Shown here: in pieces, positions 45,865 through 53,893 of the stretch
Numbering within the stretch: position 1 is the stretch's first letter
How the letters are laid out: every line of letters starts with the position of its first letter
DNA from: a virus
Lineage: Duplodnaviria; Caudoviricetes
Direction: 5' to 3' (one strand)
DNA length: 62,780 bases
Virus record (IMG/VR): IMGVR_UViG_3300021197_001333
Coordinates: 1 to 62,780 of that record
Notes under the pieces: model-generated
What the model was told of the DNA's origin: nothing
The model's database searches: none
The model's input: only the letters and a program-made list of their open reading frames with translations
Made by a program: the position numbers and the translations under genes

Positions 45865-47456
45865 GACTCCTCTACAGAACGAGCCATAGTGATAATGGCA
45901 TTAGTGCTTAAAATAGTAGAAGCAACAGAGACAGCACTCTGCAAAGCTACCTTAGTAACCTTCAAAGGGTCGATAATACCCATGTCATACATATTACCCC
46001 ATGTATGTGTTTTGGCATCTATACCTATGTCACGACCACCACCGTTTAACATTTTGTTTTGCTCCTTATCACCAAACTTAATACCCGCATTAGACATTAT
46101 CTGAAGCAAAGGAGCTCGCAAAGCAGCACATAGCATAAGGTCAGAAGGAGAAGCCCCCATATCTTTAGTGAGTTGGTATAAAGCAACACCCCCACCCGGA
46201 AGGATACCCTCCTCTAAAGCAGAACGTACAGCACACACCGCATCGTCTACACGGTCAAATAACTCTTTCTGCTCTAGGTCAGTCTGACCACCTACGTAGA
46301 TGACACCTATACCGCCCGTTAAAGTAGCTATACGAGAACGGATAAAGTCTTTCTCAATTTTACGAGTCTCCTCCTTAAGAGCTTCATGTAACTGACCTAC
46401 ACGAGCACTAACCTTACTCGTATGATTGCTATCATTCTGTAATAAGATACTGCTGTCACGACCAATAACAGCCTTAGAAACTATACCTAAGTCAGTAGGC
46501 TCCATAAGACTTAAATCGTCACCCGTCTTCTCACTAAAGTACGTAGCATCAACAGCGATAGCAATATCTTGCATCAACTCATGTTGCTTATATCCGAAGT
46601 TAGGAGGAGGGATAACACAAACCTTTAAACCGCTTTTCATAACGTTAGCAGCTAAAGTGTTCGTAACTTGCTGTGAGACAGGAGCTATGATAAGAAGCTT
46701 CTTGCCTGTAGGGATGATAAAATTCAATATCTTCTCTATCTGTAAAACACTGCCAATCTCAGCGTCACTAACCAAAATATGACAGTCGTCTAAAATACAC
46801 TCGTCACGAGATTGGTCATTGACAAACAAAGGAGCAGTATAACCACGGTCTATCTTTAAACCCTTAGTAGTCTCAAAAGTGGTCTCGCTAGATTGACTGT
46901 TCTCAACAGTAACAATCCCATCCTTGCCAACAGCCTCATAAACATTGGAGATAATCTCACCAACAACAGGGTCATTGTTAGCAGAGATAGTAGCAACGTC
47001 ACGTAAACGCTCACCACTTACTTTCTTAGAACCCTTTTTTAAATCATCAAGAACAGAGTTCATACCCGTTACTAGATTACGTAAAACCTCAGTCTTATTA
47101 TTGTCGCCAATAAATTCCATACCCGCATGAACCAAAGCCTCCGTTAAAACAATAGCAGTAGTAGTACCATCACCCGCCTCAGCAGCAGTGCGGTCACTAG
47201 CCTCCTTCATCATCCGGACAGCTAAATTTTCTACAGGGTCCATAAGGTCAACAGCCTTAGCTACAGTAACACCATCCTTGGTGACCGTAATACCGTGAGT
47301 GTGATTGGGAGACTCTATAAGAACAGTATGACCGCTTGGACCTAAAGTACTCTTGACAGCTTGAGACATCTGAGTGATGCCCGATATTAATCCTGAACGA
47401 CCCTCGTCGTCAAACTGTAATTGTTTGGGAGAATATCCCGAAGTGTTTTTAAACAT
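45861..47456 (-). CDS. groEL: chaperonin GroEL
   Basis: AVKSTLGP, VTKDGVTVAK, AGDGTTTA, EEGILPGGG, GIIDP.KV. Start probably ATG 47456, since the track start 47480 lies inside the -7 element 47478-47485. Confidence 0.95.
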   Translation of the reverse strand: MFKNTSGYSPKQLQFDDEGRSGLISGITQMSQAVKSTLGPSGHTVLIESPNHTHGITVTKDGVTVAKAVDLMDPVENLAVRMMKEASDRTAAEAGDGTTTAIVLTEALVHAGMEFIGDNNKTEVLRNLVTGMNSVLDDLKKGSKKVSGERLRDVATISANNDPVVGEIISNVYEAVGKDGIVTVENSQSSETTFETTKGLKIDRGYTAPLFVNDQSRDECILDDCHILVSDAEIGSVLQIEKILNFIIPTGKKLLIIAPVSQQVTNTLAANVMKSGLKVCVIPPPNFGYKQHELMQDIAIAVDATYFSEKTGDDLSLMEPTDLGIVSKAVIGRDSSILLQNDSNHTSKVSARVGQLHEALKEETRKIEKDFIRSRIATLTGGIGVIYVGGQTDLEQKELFDRVDDAVCAVRSALEEGILPGGGVALYQLTKDMGASPSDLMLCAALRAPLLQIMSNAGIKFGDKEQNKMLNGGGRDIGIDAKTHTWGNMYDMGIIDPLKVTKVALQSAVSVASTILSTNAIITMARSVEES

Positions 47457-47493
47457 AAGATTAGATTTAATTTGAAACAAAGGTATGATAGAA

Positions 47494-47614
47494 ATGTCAA
47501 ACTTCCTTCTCCCTATAGAGAGAGAGAGAAAACTATATATATATATTTTTCTTCCTTATGGGTGAAGGTGAAAAATAAGCATTACTGACAGAGAGATTGA
47601 TAATCAAAAAGTTA
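47494..47614. other. origin-like module A: (AG)n, (TA)n, T tract, AAAAATAAGCATTA, IHF-consensus site
   Basis: AATCAAAAAGTTA at 47602-47614 matches WATCAANNNNTTR; same element order as 59134-59279. Confidence 0.4.
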
Positions 47615-47732
47615 AGAAAAAATTATCGTCGTGAAATCGACACTAGACCGTCATTTATCATGTAATAAAGGGCATAAGAAAGGGGAAACCGTTAAACAGA
47701 AACCCCTTCCTACCAATCAATTAATGCATGGA

Positions 47733-47915
47733 CTACATCAATCTAAACATCTCTTTGCGTCTTTCAGCAAGTGCAATCCCATCTGCAATACACTCAGCTT
47801 TATAACGATGCTTCATCTCTTGACGTAAACGAGCAGCCTCAGCAATACCCGATTCGCCTACAGGACGATTGTTAATTAAACGACCATCCTTTATTGTTAA
47901 TCCTTCAGCTTTCAT
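47733..47915 (-). CDS. hypothetical protein, first gene of the late arm
   Basis: 60-aa ORF with ATG and A-rich leader. Confidence 0.55.
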   Translation of the reverse strand: MKAEGLTIKDGRLINNRPVGESGIAEAARLRQEMKHRYKAECIADGIALAERRKEMFRLM

Positions 47916-48100
47916 AGTAATAGTTTTTAATACAAGGCTAAGGTACGCTAAAAAATTTTGTTAGATATGTATAGTGTTTGGGTTCCCCCCCACTCCACGC
48001 GACGAGGTGCGATTCCCAAAACGATTTTTTTTTTGCGCTCTGAGATAAAAACCTTTGCGCCCGTCCGAAATTTTTGGCGTTTTTTCTAGACATCCACACC

Positions 48101-48171
48101 GCCCCATTGCGCCCCATTGCCGTCCGTCCGTCCGTCCGTTGTTTGTCCGTCCGTCTGTCCGTCTGTCCGTC
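48101..48171. repeat. GCCCCATTGC x2 followed by a degenerate (YGTC)n tetramer array
   Basis: Directly visible tandem repeats in the non-coding strand-switch region. Confidence 0.85.
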
Positions 48172-48385
48172 ATTACTTCGCGCCCTCCTTTGGTGCTATG
48201 CTCAGAGAGAGAGAAAGAGCAACAAGGGTTTAAACCCTCACAAGTGTTTACAACCTCCTCTTTGCCTCTGTCCGACCTTTTGCACCCTTAACAATTTGCC
48301 GTCATTCATTCGTTTGTTTGGTGCGCTCAAATTAGTATTATACTATTAATGTACTAAGAATGTAAATTAATTGCACATTGTTGTA

Positions 48386-48413
48386 GAATTGCACTAAAAT
48401 TGTACTATATTTG
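48386..48413 (+). promoter_or_regulatory. early promoter 1 (GAATTGCAC-N11-TATATTTG)
   Basis: TAnnTTTG -7 element; same upstream block and spacing as at 51251 and 54030. Confidence 0.7.
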
Positions 48414-48472
48414 TACATGCGGCAGCAATAATGCTACGTAAAACAGCGTAAAACGCTAAAAATCAATAAGTT

Positions 48473-49141
48473 ATGAGTATTTTATTACCAATCGAAACAC
48501 AATTTGTTAATTCCTTTACCTATGAAGGAGGGAGTTTACAACAGTTGCACACATTACAAACGGCTGAGGGCAATTTGAAAAAGAAGCAATTTGAAAAATC
48601 ATTAGCCCAAGCCCCCCAAGTGAGAGCCGCCCTAATCCATTTCGCATCTAAGGACGGGCAAAGGCAGTTAGCGGATTCGGGGTTGAGTTGGAACAAAGGT
48701 GAATTTGTGGAAAAAGCGTTAAGATATTCCGACCGTTCACAAGCTAATTTGCTTGTAAGAATAGCTGACAGAAATGATGCACACCCCGAACTTATCACTA
48801 AGTATAAGCGTGAACAGACGCGACTAGCTACAGCAGGACAGAAAGCCCCGCGAAGCATCCAACATTTTGACAAATGGAGTCGCGCTTTATTAGACCAAGC
48901 CAACGAAACGGGCGAAACTATTGAGGACGTTGTGGAGGGTGCTGAGGTCGAAGCTACAGCCGAACCGAGCAACAGTACGAACATGGCGCAGTTTCGTTTT
49001 AAACATCCCATACACGGTAATATCGTGGTGAACATCGACGAAAATGGTGCCATAACAACTACTAACACAGTTGAGCATATCGGCGAAGCACTTGCAACGT
49101 TCAGAGCAATGATACAAACCCCGTTAGAGGTTGCCGCATAA
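48473..49141 (+). CDS. first early protein, unknown function
   Basis: 222-aa ORF downstream of early promoter 1. Confidence 0.7.
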   Translation: MSILLPIETQFVNSFTYEGGSLQQLHTLQTAEGNLKKKQFEKSLAQAPQVRAALIHFASKDGQRQLADSGLSWNKGEFVEKALRYSDRSQANLLVRIADRNDAHPELITKYKREQTRLATAGQKAPRSIQHFDKWSRALLDQANETGETIEDVVEGAEVEATAEPSNSTNMAQFRFKHPIHGNIVVNIDENGAITTTNTVEHIGEALATFRAMIQTPLEVAA

Positions 49142-49153
49142 CAGCTATAAAGT

Positions 49154-49169
49154 GAGGGTTCAAACCCTC
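49154..49169 (+). repeat. GAGGGTTCAAACCCTC motif fused to hammerhead 1
   Basis: Exact copy, extended AGT...ACT (49151-49172). Confidence 0.9.
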
Positions 49170-49171
49170 AC

Positions 49172-49224
49172 TGCTGTCGGACAGTGTGTACTGTTCCTGA
49201 TGAGTTCAAAAGAACGAAACAGTA
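49172..49224 (+). ncRNA. type III hammerhead ribozyme 1 (predicted cleavage after C49178)
   Basis: Stem III UGCUGU/ACAGUA with GUC site; stem I GGACAG/CUGUUC, loop UGUGUA; core CUGAUGA (49197-49203); stem II GUUC/GAAC, loop AAAA; GAAA (49216-49219). Confidence 0.92.
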
Positions 49225-49246
49225 ATTTAATTTAATATATTATATT

Positions 49247-50182
49247 ATGGGTGTAAAATTTGAGAATGACAGTAACGCGAGTCGTGGTGAGATGTCAAGC
49301 TACCACAGAAAGCCGAGTTTTAGAAACTACAACGGCGGCGCGTCAATTAGCGATGTAGCAAACGTTAAACCGATTGACCGCGATGCCATGCGCATGTGTT
49401 CAGCCCTAGAAGTGAGGGCAAAATTTACAATCGGATTTGAGATTGAAAAAAACCGACTCGGACGCGGTTCAGTTCGTCCATATCCTTTATTCTGTGGGTT
49501 CGAAACGGATAGCAGTTGCGGTTATGAGGCTGTGACCAATATTTTACCACTTATCGGGGCGTGTGTGTGGCGTGATAAGGTGTACAATATGTTTCACGAG
49601 GCTGAGAGGGTTATTGATGACCAATGGAGTCCGACTGACTACCGTTGCGGCGGCCATATGACTGTAGCTGTCGAGGGCTTAAGCGGTGCTGAGTTACTTG
49701 AGAAACTTAGACCAATATCGGGCATTATCCTTGCGCTATATCGCAGACGTTTAAACCATCACTATTGCAACGAAAATATGACCATGTTGCCACGTGGACA
49801 TGCAAACGTGTACAACGGCTCAGGACGTAGCAGTGTAGCGAATGTCAAGGAAAATACTGTTGAATTTCGCATCCCTTCGCGCATCCAAAACGTGAACACT
49901 TTAAAAAGACGTTACGAACTGATGTACGTTTTAATAGATAGCGCAATGAAAGGGCACAGCCTAGCAAAGGTACAGCGTAGATACACGCCGATTGTACTAG
50001 CCATGTACGATGGTGATGTTGATAAGGCTAACAAGGTTATGCAGTTAGGTAAAGCGTTTTGTAAGTTCATTAAGAGTGGCAAAATTAACGCTGATGTGTT
50101 ACCCTTCGTCGATAGACACGGACGCAACACAGACCTTTACACGAGGTGTGCAAGGGAACTAGAAAACCCCTCACAATGGTGA
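49247..50182 (+). CDS. putative amidoligase (COOH-NH2 ligase, glutamine-synthetase-like fold)
   Basis: IGFEIE, DSS...EAVT, CGGH.(T)V, TVEFR motifs. Confidence 0.7.
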   Translation: MGVKFENDSNASRGEMSSYHRKPSFRNYNGGASISDVANVKPIDRDAMRMCSALEVRAKFTIGFEIEKNRLGRGSVRPYPLFCGFETDSSCGYEAVTNILPLIGACVWRDKVYNMFHEAERVIDDQWSPTDYRCGGHMTVAVEGLSGAELLEKLRPISGIILALYRRRLNHHYCNENMTMLPRGHANVYNGSGRSSVANVKENTVEFRIPSRIQNVNTLKRRYELMYVLIDSAMKGHSLAKVQRRYTPIVLAMYDGDVDKANKVMQLGKAFCKFIKSGKINADVLPFVDRHGRNTDLYTRCARELENPSQW

Positions 50183-50196
50183 GGCGGTAATGGGGT

Positions 50197-50212
50197 GAGG
50201 GTTCAAACCCTC
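50197..50212 (+). repeat. GAGGGTTCAAACCCTC motif fused to hammerhead 2
   Basis: Exact copy, extended GGT...ACC (50194-50215). Confidence 0.9.
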
Positions 50213-50215
50213 ACC

Positions 50216-50266
50216 GCTGTCGGGTGATATATTTCACTCCTGACGAGTCCATAAGGACGAAACAGC
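50216..50266 (+). ncRNA. type III hammerhead ribozyme 2 (predicted cleavage after C50221)
   Basis: Stem III GCUGU/ACAGC with GUC site; stem I GGGUGA/UCACUC, loop UAUAUU; core CUGACGA (50240-50246); stem II GUCC/GGAC, loop AUAA; GAAA (50259-50262). Confidence 0.93.
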
Positions 50267-50305
50267 AATCTAATTAACGGGTGATGGCCTACCATTAAAG
50301 ATGTT

Positions 50306-50533
50306 ATGACAAAGATTTATTTACCCCTGTTAAAAGAACAGAAAGAAAGAAAGATATTATTTTCTTCTACGCTGTCCGAGTACAGATTTGAAACGCCTGA
50401 GAGTACACGACATGAATTAAGCGAAAGTTTATATGTCGAGGACTACAAGGAATTTGACAGACGGGAAAGACTGTTAAAAGATGACAGTTTTTTTAACGCT
50501 TCACAGTATAACTATAATATAATCCGAAACTAA
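50306..50533 (+). CDS. hypothetical early protein
   Basis: 75-aa ORF after hammerhead 2. Confidence 0.6.
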   Translation: MTKIYLPLLKEQKERKILFSSTLSEYRFETPESTRHELSESLYVEDYKEFDRRERLLKDDSFFNASQYNYNIIRN

Positions 50534-50534
50534 G

Positions 50535-50993
50535 ATGAGAAAAATAACAAGAGATTCAATCAACGCCTTTATGAATGACAGACCTTTCAAAAGGCAAAAC
50601 ATGCGAGTAAGAATATTAATACACAGAAGCAACAGCGGAGAACCTCGACGCTCAGTATCAACAGAATTGCTGTTACATGATAACGTAATCGCATCGCGCT
50701 CTCATGGGTTAAACAGAACTATATCTATCACAACTTGCGGATGGCAAACCACCACCACCAAAGAAAGATTAAACGGAATTGAGGGCGTAAGCATTGTACA
50801 GCGCAACTTTCAATGGTACTTGAATGGTGTGGCGTGGGATGGGAATTGGATAGACTTAAATGGTGAGTTTTTTGATTCTGACCAAGACGAAACGGATAGA
50901 CTTAGACTACATGATGCCCTTAACGGCTTAAACAATCAACAGACCGAAGATGAGGCTTGTGATATGTTGTATGGAGTAGATAATAATCAATAG
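50535..50993 (+). CDS. hypothetical early protein
   Basis: MRKIT...LH.N.IA...CGW.T.TTKERLN...Q..F.WY motif seen in phage early proteins (recalled). Confidence 0.65.
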   Translation: MRKITRDSINAFMNDRPFKRQNMRVRILIHRSNSGEPRRSVSTELLLHDNVIASRSHGLNRTISITTCGWQTTTTKERLNGIEGVSIVQRNFQWYLNGVAWDGNWIDLNGEFFDSDQDETDRLRLHDALNGLNNQQTEDEACDMLYGVDNNQ

Positions 50994-50998
50994 AAAAC

Positions 50999-51163
50999 AT
51001 GAAATACAAAAGACCATACACTTTTACGCTGTGCGATAGATTAAGGTATTTTTACGAAGACCTTTTAGACTTACGATTTGAGATTAATCGAAAAAACAGA
51101 GCGCACAATGAAACCTTTTGGAATTGTGTTGTTGATTGTTTTACTCAAAGATATTTAAAATGA
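50999..51163 (+). CDS. hypothetical 54-aa protein (not in the ORF track)
   Basis: MKYKRPYTFTLCDRLRYFYEDLL...QRYLK fills the gap before a hairpin. Confidence 0.45.
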   Translation: MKYKRPYTFTLCDRLRYFYEDLLDLRFEINRKNRAHNETFWNCVVDCFTQRYLK

Positions 51164-51171
51164 AAAAAATC

Positions 51172-51203
51172 GGGAATGAGGGTTCAAACCCTCGTTCCTT
51201 TCT
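51172..51203 (+). terminator. terminator-like hairpin containing the GAGGGTTCAAACCCTC motif (51178-51193)
   Basis: GGGAAT-motif-GTTCCT followed by a short TTCT tract, just after a stop codon. Confidence 0.55.
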
Positions 51204-51250
51204 AACTCACTCGCTTACAGAGAGTTATAAGTTTTATCACAATATATTAG

Positions 51251-51278
51251 GAATTACACAATAATTAAACTATATTTA
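51251..51278 (+). promoter_or_regulatory. early promoter 2 (GAATTACAC-N11-TATATTTA)
   Basis: Same architecture as 48386 and 54030. Confidence 0.6.
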
Positions 51279-51304
51279 CACAATTAATAAACAATCTAGA
51301 AAGA

Positions 51305-51544
51305 ATGGATATAAGACAAAAAATGATTGATGACGTTACCAACTCTGATTGGACACGTGAAAACCTAGCAGTACAATTACTAGAAGCTAGATACAACTCT
51401 AACAAAAATATGCTTGAAGCACAGTGGCTTGATAAGGTCATTGACGTCCTAAGGGGTGAAGGTGAAGAGGGGAGGGGGCAAGACGTTCTTTACCAAGAGT
51501 TCAAAGAAGATTTAAAAGCTTTAAAACTTAAATACCATGAATAA
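51305..51544 (+). CDS. hypothetical protein
   Basis: 79-aa ORF after promoter 2. Confidence 0.6.
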   Translation: MDIRQKMIDDVTNSDWTRENLAVQLLEARYNSNKNMLEAQWLDKVIDVLRGEGEEGRGQDVLYQEFKEDLKALKLKYHE

Positions 51545-51638
51545 AGAACGCCTTAACGACTTTATTTTCACAGTGGGGTTAGTTACCCTATTTGTGTTAC
51601 TAATATTAACCACGTGTTATATACACGACAATTTTTAA
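51537..51638 (+). CDS. 33-aa single-TM peptide (not in the ORF track)
   Basis: MNKERLNDFIFTVGLVTLFVLLILTTCYIHDNF fills the gap between two genes. Confidence 0.45.
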   Translation: MNKERLNDFIFTVGLVTLFVLLILTTCYIHDNF

Positions 51639-51642
51639 TCCT

Positions 51643-52026
51643 ATGGGAACACAATCCTACAAAAACGGCTATGCCGACAAGTTAATTTTTTGGAACGAGC
51701 AACTTATTTTATCTCAAACCAAATCTATTGAACAACCACGATACAGCGAAGAGAAGTGCAAAAAATCTATACTTTACTTTACTGAGAAGCATGAGGAGTG
51801 GAAAGCTCAGAACGAGGGTTCAAACCCTCTAACCTATTACACGGGCAGTGAACTTAAGTGGAGTACAGAAGATGTACTGCGTAACGCAGAGCATTTAGAC
51901 ATCAAGCTAACAGACGAAGAAGCAGAGTCTATACTTATCGCTACGTTTGAGAACAACGATGCCATCATGGAATTTATCAATGATGAGATATTAGAAACCA
52001 TAAACTTTAAAAGGAGAACAGTATGA
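51643..52026 (+). CDS. hypothetical protein containing a motif copy at 51814-51829
   Basis: 127-aa ORF; the motif reads EGSNP. Confidence 0.6.
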   Translation: MGTQSYKNGYADKLIFWNEQLILSQTKSIEQPRYSEEKCKKSILYFTEKHEEWKAQNEGSNPLTYYTGSELKWSTEDVLRNAEHLDIKLTDEEAESILIATFENNDAIMEFINDEILETINFKRRTV

Positions 52027-52184
52027 GCAATAACATGGAAGATAATAAAATGAAAGAACAAATCAAGGGGTTAATTGAGTACGCCAAAAACCCAAAGTAC
52101 TCAGAAGAAGGAGATAACTATTTATCTGACGGACAAATGTTAGATATTATGTTGGAACAATTAGAAAAACTATATAACCAATGA
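52023..52184 (+). CDS. hypothetical 53-aa protein (not in the ORF track)
   Basis: ATGA overlap with the upstream gene; ...YLSDGQMLDIMLEQLEKLYNQ. Confidence 0.45.
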   Translation: MSNNMEDNKMKEQIKGLIEYAKNPKYSEEGDNYLSDGQMLDIMLEQLEKLYNQ

Positions 52185-52600
52185 AACAAGAAGATAACGA
52201 ATACAAAACATGCCCCGATTGTTGCTATGATATCCTCGATGACGAGGGTGATGTAATGGAACATGAGTGCATATCAGATAATGAAATGATTGCAGAATTT
52301 ATGAGTGGACAAAGAGTGCTACCTGACGAAGATGTTTACAATATGCCAACGCATAATAATTTATGCTACGGAGTAAACGAACTACAATACGACACCTCAT
52401 GGGATTGGTTGATGCCCGTAGTAGAGAAGATAGAGAGCTTAGGATATGAACTTATAATAGCTGAAAGTAGATGTAAAATAAATCACAATACAGACCATTC
52501 GATAGAAGAAGTAATAAATATAGATATTATTGATAGCAAAAGAGAAGCAACATACCAAGCAGTAGTAGAATTTATTAAAGAACATAACGATGAACAATAA
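52181..52600 (+). CDS. SWDWL-family paralogue 1
   Basis: DNEMIAEFM...YDTSWDWLMPVVEKIE...YQAVVEFIK. Confidence 0.7.
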   Translation: MKQEDNEYKTCPDCCYDILDDEGDVMEHECISDNEMIAEFMSGQRVLPDEDVYNMPTHNNLCYGVNELQYDTSWDWLMPVVEKIESLGYELIIAESRCKINHNTDHSIEEVINIDIIDSKREATYQAVVEFIKEHNDEQ

Positions 52601-52670
52601 CAAATTAATAGCAAGAAACACCCCTAAAATAGGGGTATTATTAACCACGTATATATGCTATCACATATAA
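52590..52670 (+). pseudogene. truncated SWDWL-family start (MNNNKLIA...)
   Basis: First 8 codons match the N-termini of paralogues 2 and 3, then diverge and stop after 26 aa. Confidence 0.4.
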
Positions 52671-52772
52671 AAGACGCACAACTCTTAGAATTATATGCAA
52701 TTAAATATAACTAAATGAGCCGAATAGATAAGTGAATCAACTCACCTAATAGCATAACTAAAAGTGAATAAA

Positions 52773-53042
52773 ATGAAAGACAATAAACTAATAGCAGAAT
52801 TTATGGGATATGTATATGAAGATGATAGATTCTTTATGGAAGATTCAGAAGGAGTTAGATTGTATGAGTATCTACCTCACGAACTACAATACCACTCCTC
52901 ATGGGATTGGCTGATACCCGTAGTGGAGAAGATTGAAGAGCAGAACGAGTTAATAGGCGCACATATATTATCAACCGATATAGGTAAAACCCATAAACAA
53001 GTAGTAAGATTTATTAAAGAATATCAACACCAAAACCAATAA
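52773..53042 (+). CDS. SWDWL-family paralogue 2
   Basis: MKDNKLIAEFMG...YHSSWDWLIPVVEKIE...VVRFIK. ATG 52773 preferred over GTG 52764. Confidence 0.7.
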   Translation: MKDNKLIAEFMGYVYEDDRFFMEDSEGVRLYEYLPHELQYHSSWDWLIPVVEKIEEQNELIGAHILSTDIGKTHKQVVRFIKEYQHQNQ

Positions 53043-53046
53043 CAAC

Positions 53047-53319
53047 ATGACTAAAAACCAAGTAGAAATGTACATCAGGGAAGACCTAGATAGTACACCA
53101 CGACACAACTGTGCGGCACTCGCATCAGCTATCAACGAGGTAGCAGAAGAGGTTGGACACGATAGCTATGCTCTAATGGAGTTGCTATTATGCAACACAC
53201 CGATACCCTCTCTATACACACATAGCGACGGCATCCATACTAGGAATGGTAGGGAGTTAATCGAAGCTATGCAAGAGAAGTACGAAGAAATATTAACCTA
53301 TAACTCATACACACCATGA
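53047..53319 (+). CDS. hypothetical protein
   Basis: 90-aa ORF between paralogues 2 and 3. Confidence 0.6.
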   Translation: MTKNQVEMYIREDLDSTPRHNCAALASAINEVAEEVGHDSYALMELLLCNTPIPSLYTHSDGIHTRNGRELIEAMQEKYEEILTYNSYTP

Positions 53320-53666
53320 ACGATAATAAACTAATAGCAGAATTTATGGGATACCCTCCTATGACAGATGCGGTAGATGACAGAACAATAGCATATGATG
53401 TTGGAGGAAGTGTCATGAATATAAATAATACACATAATGAAAACGATGATAATGTTTTCCACCCTGACGATATGAAGTTCCACACCTCATGGGATTGGTT
53501 GATACCCGTAGTAAATAAGATTGAGATGGAGTGTGAGGGCGTACCGATTGAACTGCTAGACTGTAATTTATACAGTGAGATAGGCGAGGTGTACCAAGCC
53601 GTAGTAGAGTTTCTTAAAGACCAAGTATGCCATGTTGATTTGGAAGATTGGCAAAAACAAGATTAA
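53316..53666 (+). CDS. SWDWL-family paralogue 3
   Basis: MNDNKLIAEFMG...FHTSWDWLIPVVNKIE...YQAVVEFLK. Confidence 0.7.
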   Translation: MNDNKLIAEFMGYPPMTDAVDDRTIAYDVGGSVMNINNTHNENDDNVFHPDDMKFHTSWDWLIPVVNKIEMECEGVPIELLDCNLYSEIGEVYQAVVEFLKDQVCHVDLEDWQKQD

Positions 53667-53685
53667 ACAAGATTAAACAAGTTAA

Positions 53686-53886
53686 ATGAAAGACACAAAT
53701 ATATTTATCGTTATAAACGATAGGACTTTAAATACAATGAAGGGATTTGGAGGCAGAACTGCTAAGTTCAAAACTAAGGAACAAGCAGACGACAAAGCAG
53801 CTACCAAATTAGAGTTATGGACAGTGGTGCCCATTAAATTCAGTCATCCTTTTGTTCAGCATACAGCACCCTTAACTCACTTATAA
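53686..53886 (+). CDS. hypothetical protein
   Basis: 66-aa ORF. Confidence 0.55.
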   Translation: MKDTNIFIVINDRTLNTMKGFGGRTAKFKTKEQADDKAATKLELWTVVPIKFSHPFVQHTAPLTHL

Positions 53887-53893
53887 AAAAGAC

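Noticed and set aside
2686-47130. Many short plus-strand ORFs within the late arm
   Set aside because: They are antisense shadows of long minus-strand genes. Only 45043..45483 has its own promoter and a recognisable fold.
47961-48349. Track ORFs 47961..48173, 48055..48291 and 48074..48349
   Set aside because: They arise from the stop-free tetramer repeat and give low-complexity translations on both strands.
48520-49068. 182-aa antisense ORF opposite the first early gene
   Set aside because: Shadow of the sense ORF with no recognisable motif and no promoter context.
49154-49169. GGTTCAAACC read as a tRNA T-arm, suggesting tRNA genes or attP sites
   Set aside because: The loop is one base short of a canonical 7-nt T-loop with a 5-bp stem. 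No acceptor, D or anticodon arms surround any copy, and there is no integrase.
52323-53470. Additional CTGACGA hammerhead cores at 52323 and 53464
   Set aside because: Both lie in coding sequence and lack stem II followed by GAAA and a pairing stem III.
52181-53666. Paralogue repeats as a diversity-generating retroelement TR/VR pair
   Set aside because: No reverse transcriptase is recognisable, and differences are whole-segment replacements rather than adenine-specific substitutions.
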